A program made the translations under genes and the position numbers. From Paraspadella gotoi (lineage: Eukaryota; Animalia; Chaetognatha), in assembly GCA_051294375.1 (NCBI GenBank), contig CM119264.1, positions 12,916,813 to 12,980,812 on the forward strand: a stretch of DNA of 64,000 bases. Reading direction: 5' to 3'. Shown here piece by piece: positions 1 to 64,000 of the stretch. Every line of letters starts with the position of its first letter. Position 1 is the first letter of the stretch. The notes under the pieces were generated by a model. It saw only the letters and a list, made by a program, of their open reading frames with translations, made no database searches and was not told the DNA's origin.

Positions 1-99
1 ATGACTACAATGTCGATGAGACACCAACAGAGAACTATAGCTTGTAATCTATGTTAATCTCTCACTCTCTCTTTNNNNNNNNNNNNNNNNNNNNNNNNN

Positions 100-64000
<63,901 letters not shown>

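Overview
This is animal (probably invertebrate) nuclear DNA with AT-rich, microsatellite-rich introns and GC-rich exons. One large + strand gene spans the whole window: an LRP2/megalin-like endocytic receptor, cut off at both ends. Its visible architecture is LDLa clusters of >=3, 8, 10 and 11 repeats separated by EGF and YWTD beta-propeller modules. Three large introns hold four antisense multi-exon nested genes: (1) a ~900-aa type I membrane protein with a divergent IgGFc-binding-like N-terminus, (2) a 536-aa secreted orphan protein, and (3,4) two tandem SLC22 transporters. One SLC22 ends in a polyproline tail with an EPIYA motif. Other introns carry a 5'-truncated Tx1/L1 retrotransposon, two Penelope-type hammerhead palindromes and HINE/DINE-like repeats. 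The most striking observation is a phase-compatible 396-nt candidate cassette exon (38156-38551). It would insert a prohormone-like segment with three R-X-K/R-R furin sites into a megalin propeller. The first ~5.5 kb holds a noisy inverted duplication at ~25-N gaps that looks like a long-read gap-filling artefact, and the many 1-bp indels in exons are probably sequencing errors. All exon models were derived by eye.
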